This document shows, piece by piece, positions 61,409-64,000 of a DNA stretch of 64,000 nt. A program made the translations under genes and the position numbers. Each line of letters starts with the position of its first letter. The stretch's first letter is position 1. Where the stretch lies: the NCBI GenBank assembly GCA_041640575.1, contig JBEPZZ010000005.1, forward strand, positions 1 through 64,000, read 5' to 3'. A model generated the notes under the pieces. It had not been told where the DNA came from, did not search any database, and worked only from the letters and a program-made list of their open reading frames with translations. The DNA is from Pseudothermotoga sp. GTDB lineage: Bacteria > Thermotogota > Thermotogae > Thermotogales > DSM-5069.

Positions 61409-61918
61409 TTAAGGCTCACCTGAATCTACTAGAAGAGATATTTCACTACCTTGTTTCAGTTTACTTCCGGCTGCTGGGTACATTCCTATAACTCTTCCAT
61501 CGGTTCCTTTGTACGGCATTTGAGCAATCCTAACCTTGAAACCCATTGCTTCGAGGATCTGCTGGGCTGTTTCCTTAGGTACACCAAAAAGGTCCGGTAG
61601 AACCACCTCTGGTGGATCACTTAGAAACAAGTTTATTTCTCGACCTTTCTTTACAGTTTCGCCTGCATAAGGATACGTGTGATCAACGGTTCCAGAACCA
61701 TGAACTTGCGCCACTTTTAGACCAGCTTTTTCAATAACCCGAGTTGCTGTACCAAGGTCCATACCTTTCACATCTGGAACCTTTACTTCTCTTGGGCTTA
61801 TCAAAAAATAGCTCAAAAACAATAGAACACCAAGAACTGCACCAATTGCAAAATATAAAAGAAATACAAAAATCCATTTTATTGCTTTTGCAATGCCTTT
61901 AGTCTCAGTTGTCCGCAT
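61409..61918 (-). CDS. Membrane-anchored PASTA-domain protein without a kinase domain
   Basis: One TM then two PASTA repeats (VPDVKG..., LPDLFG...). Confidence 0.85.
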   Translation of the reverse strand: MRTTETKGIAKAIKWIFVFLLYFAIGAVLGVLLFLSYFLISPREVKVPDVKGMDLGTATRVIEKAGLKVAQVHGSGTVDHTYPYAGETVKKGREINLFLSDPPEVVLPDLFGVPKETAQQILEAMGFKVRIAQMPYKGTDGRVIGMYPAAGSKLKQGSEISLLVDSGEP

Positions 61919-62910
61919 GCAGCTTCTATGTCGACTCCTTTCTCCTGCCTAATCTCTGCTTCGATCCCAGATTCCAACAGGATTTCCTTGAATCTGTTGA
62001 TCTTCCATGAAGAAGGTCTTTCCACACCTGGTACCGCAGGATTAACAGGTATTAAGTTAACGAATATTTTCATCTTCATTTCTTTAAGCAACTTTGCAAG
62101 CCTTCTTGCGTCTTCATCAAAATCGTTGAATTCTTTTATCAGTATGTACTCTATCGTTACCCTTCGATCGGTGTTTTGCTGAAACTCTTTTGCAGCTTCG
62201 AGAATTTCCTCAACAGTGTATTTACTTGCGACAGGTATGATTTTCATTCTTTTCTCATTACTTGCAGCGTGTAAAGATATTGCCAAATTTAAATCCAGGT
62301 TCTCTTTACCAAGTTTGATTATCTTCTCCGGTATTCCTACAGTGCTTATTGTTATTCTTCTTATTCCTATGTTTTTCATCTTTTTATTGTTTAGAATCCT
62401 CACACTTTTTACGACGTTTTCGTAATTGAGTAAAGGCTCTCCCATTCCCATATAAACAACGTTGCGAATCTTTTGCTTACTATCTATCTCGATTGCAAGA
62501 ATCTGAGCGACGATTTCATGTACCTCTAGATTTCTTACGAAACCACTTTGCCCAGTTGCGCAGAAAGAACAGCGAATTGGACATCCAACTTGCGTCGAGA
62601 TACAAGCGGTTGCGTAGCCCTCATGGAAAAGCAGAACAGACTCGATAGTATTTCCGTCTTTGAGTTCAAACAGATACTTTGTAGTTCTGTCAAGCTTGGA
62701 AACCCTTTTGTCGCGTATCCTCGGAAGTTCAATCGAAAAATGCTGCGGTAAAAGCTGACGATGTTCTTTTGAAAGGTTTGTCATTTGCTCGAATGAAAAA
62801 ACGTGCTTTTGATAAACCCAGTCAAGCACTTGATCTGCTCTATACTTCTCAATCCCAATGCGAGTTATCTCATCAACAAATTCCTCGTATGTAAGACCAA
62901 TTATATTCAA
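61879..62910 (-). CDS. rlmN: 23S rRNA m2A2503 radical-SAM methyltransferase
   Basis: CISTQVGCPIRCSFCATG, MGMGEP, SLHA, AACGQL. Confidence 0.96.
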   Translation of the reverse strand: MNIIGLTYEEFVDEITRIGIEKYRADQVLDWVYQKHVFSFEQMTNLSKEHRQLLPQHFSIELPRIRDKRVSKLDRTTKYLFELKDGNTIESVLLFHEGYATACISTQVGCPIRCSFCATGQSGFVRNLEVHEIVAQILAIEIDSKQKIRNVVYMGMGEPLLNYENVVKSVRILNNKKMKNIGIRRITISTVGIPEKIIKLGKENLDLNLAISLHAASNEKRMKIIPVASKYTVEEILEAAKEFQQNTDRRVTIEYILIKEFNDFDEDARRLAKLLKEMKMKIFVNLIPVNPAVPGVERPSSWKINRFKEILLESGIEAEIRQEKGVDIEAACGQLRLKALQKQ

Positions 62911-63020
62911 AAAATCACCTCAAGATAATTATATATGACTTTTTAGGTAAACTCGGCCAGAAAACTAGGATTTCTCCTTCTGTTAACTTCGTGTTGTATA
63001 ATTTCTCGGAGGCGATTTTC

Positions 63021-64000
63021 TTGACTGTGAGTGAAGCAAAATTTCTCAGCAGAAAGATAATGGAGGCCGGAGAAGTCCCACTCCTTGTAGGACACTTTGG
63101 TGTTGGAAAAACTGATGTGGCGCGTCAGATAGCCGCCGAAACTGGAAGAAAATTAATCATACTTATACTTTCACAAATGGAACCAGGTGATTTAATAGGA
63201 CTTCCATCGCGGCAGAATGATCAAACTGTTTTTCTAAGACCCGACTGGTGGCCAGAGGATGGAAAAGCAATAGTTTTACTTGACGAGATAAACCGGGCAC
63301 ACCGATCGATAAGAAATGCAATCATGCAACTCGTAATTGACAAGAGGATTCACAACCATGTTTTGCCAGATGGAACGTGGATTATGGCAACAATGAACCC
63401 ACCAGACGACGAATATGATCAAGCAGAACTCATAACTGATCCAGCTTTTATATCGAGATTTTTCATATTAGACATAACACCATCAACTGAAGAATGGCAA
63501 GTTTGGGCTGAGGAAAACAACATTGCACAGGAAATTCGACAGTTCGTTCAGAAGTACCCAGAATTTCTATACTCACACTCTGCGATGTCCTTGAAGGTTG
63601 AGTTACGCCCAAGCCCGAGAAGTTGGCACAAATTAAGCAACGTAATGAAAACATTGAGTGGAGAAGATAGAAAAAAATACGGTTACGCACTTGCCGCAGG
63701 AATACTTGGTCCTGAAGCTGCGAAAGCTTTTGTAGAATTCTCGAACGGTAAATCGATACCTTTGCCGCAAAAGATTTTGCTTGAAGGAATAAACCAAGTC
63801 TTTACTCAAGAAATAGATGCTGCAAATTCATTGACTTTAAGGTTGATTGATTACTTTTCGAAGATAGATGATGACACCGTTGAACTACTTCGATCGCATC
63901 TTTCAACTGTAGCCAAAAATATAAGCGAACTTACCTCCGTGCTCCCAAAAGACTCTTTCTACGCGTTACTAAGATATCTCACTGATCGAGCCGCAAACTC
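63021..64000 (+). CDS. AAA+ ATPase (MoxR/dynein-related), truncated by the window end and absent from the ORF track
   Basis: GGAGG SD, TTG start, MTVSEAKFLSRKIMEAGEVPLLVGHFGVGKT, LLDEINR, ATMNP, DPAFISRF. Confidence 0.88.
   Translation, partial: MTVSEAKFLSRKIMEAGEVPLLVGHFGVGKTDVARQIAAETGRKLIILILSQMEPGDLIGLPSRQNDQTVFLRPDWWPEDGKAIVLLDEINRAHRSIRNAIMQLVIDKRIHNHVLPDGTWIMATMNPPDDEYDQAELITDPAFISRFFILDITPSTEEWQVWAEENNIAQEIRQFVQKYPEFLYSHSAMSLKVELRPSPRSWHKLSNVMKTLSGEDRKKYGYALAAGILGPEAAKAFVEFSNGKSIPLPQKILLEGINQVFTQEIDAANSLTLRLIDYFSKIDDDTVELLRSHLSTVAKNISELTSVLPKDSFYALLRYLTDRAAN

Overview
A 64-kb core-genome segment from a Thermotogota bacterium, most likely Pseudothermotoga-like. This is inferred from gene content and order: hrcA-grpE-dnaJ without dnaK, buk-ptb-buk, MurE with a DDPR motif, tRNA-Arg(GCG) and treEFG-treT-treR. 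Metabolic content: a branched-chain amino-acid fermentation operon (aminotransferase, buk, ptb, buk, P-loop protein, four-subunit VOR-type oxidoreductase); a serine aminotransferase/hydroxypyruvate reductase pair; a long minus-strand run (DUF4912, GH57, porGDAB, pncA, pncB, pdxS, pdxT, degenerate GGDEF); and a trehalose ABC/TreT/ROK locus. Envelope and motility content: a frameshifted lipoprotein, murE-murF-mraY, csaB and a flagellar hook/motor/switch operon. Housekeeping content: rqcH, nfo, DUF72, acpP, the CIRCE-controlled hrcA operon, ppx, two tRNAs, alaS-cdsA-uppS-frr, leuS-rdgB-rpe-rsgA-PASTA-rlmN and a truncated AAA ATPase. I saw no CRISPR array, prophage or intact transposase. The best novel candidate is an unannotated ~95-nt minus-strand small RNA between leuS and frr, with a near-perfect RpoE/ECF-type promoter, a C-rich anti-Shine-Dalgarno segment and its own terminator. 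Other leads are a triple TGCAA-N4-TTGCA enhancer with a sigma54-like element, an RxxD-retaining degenerate GGDEF protein, and a kinase-less PASTA gene at the prpC-prkC position. All calls come from reading the sequence; no database searches were run.
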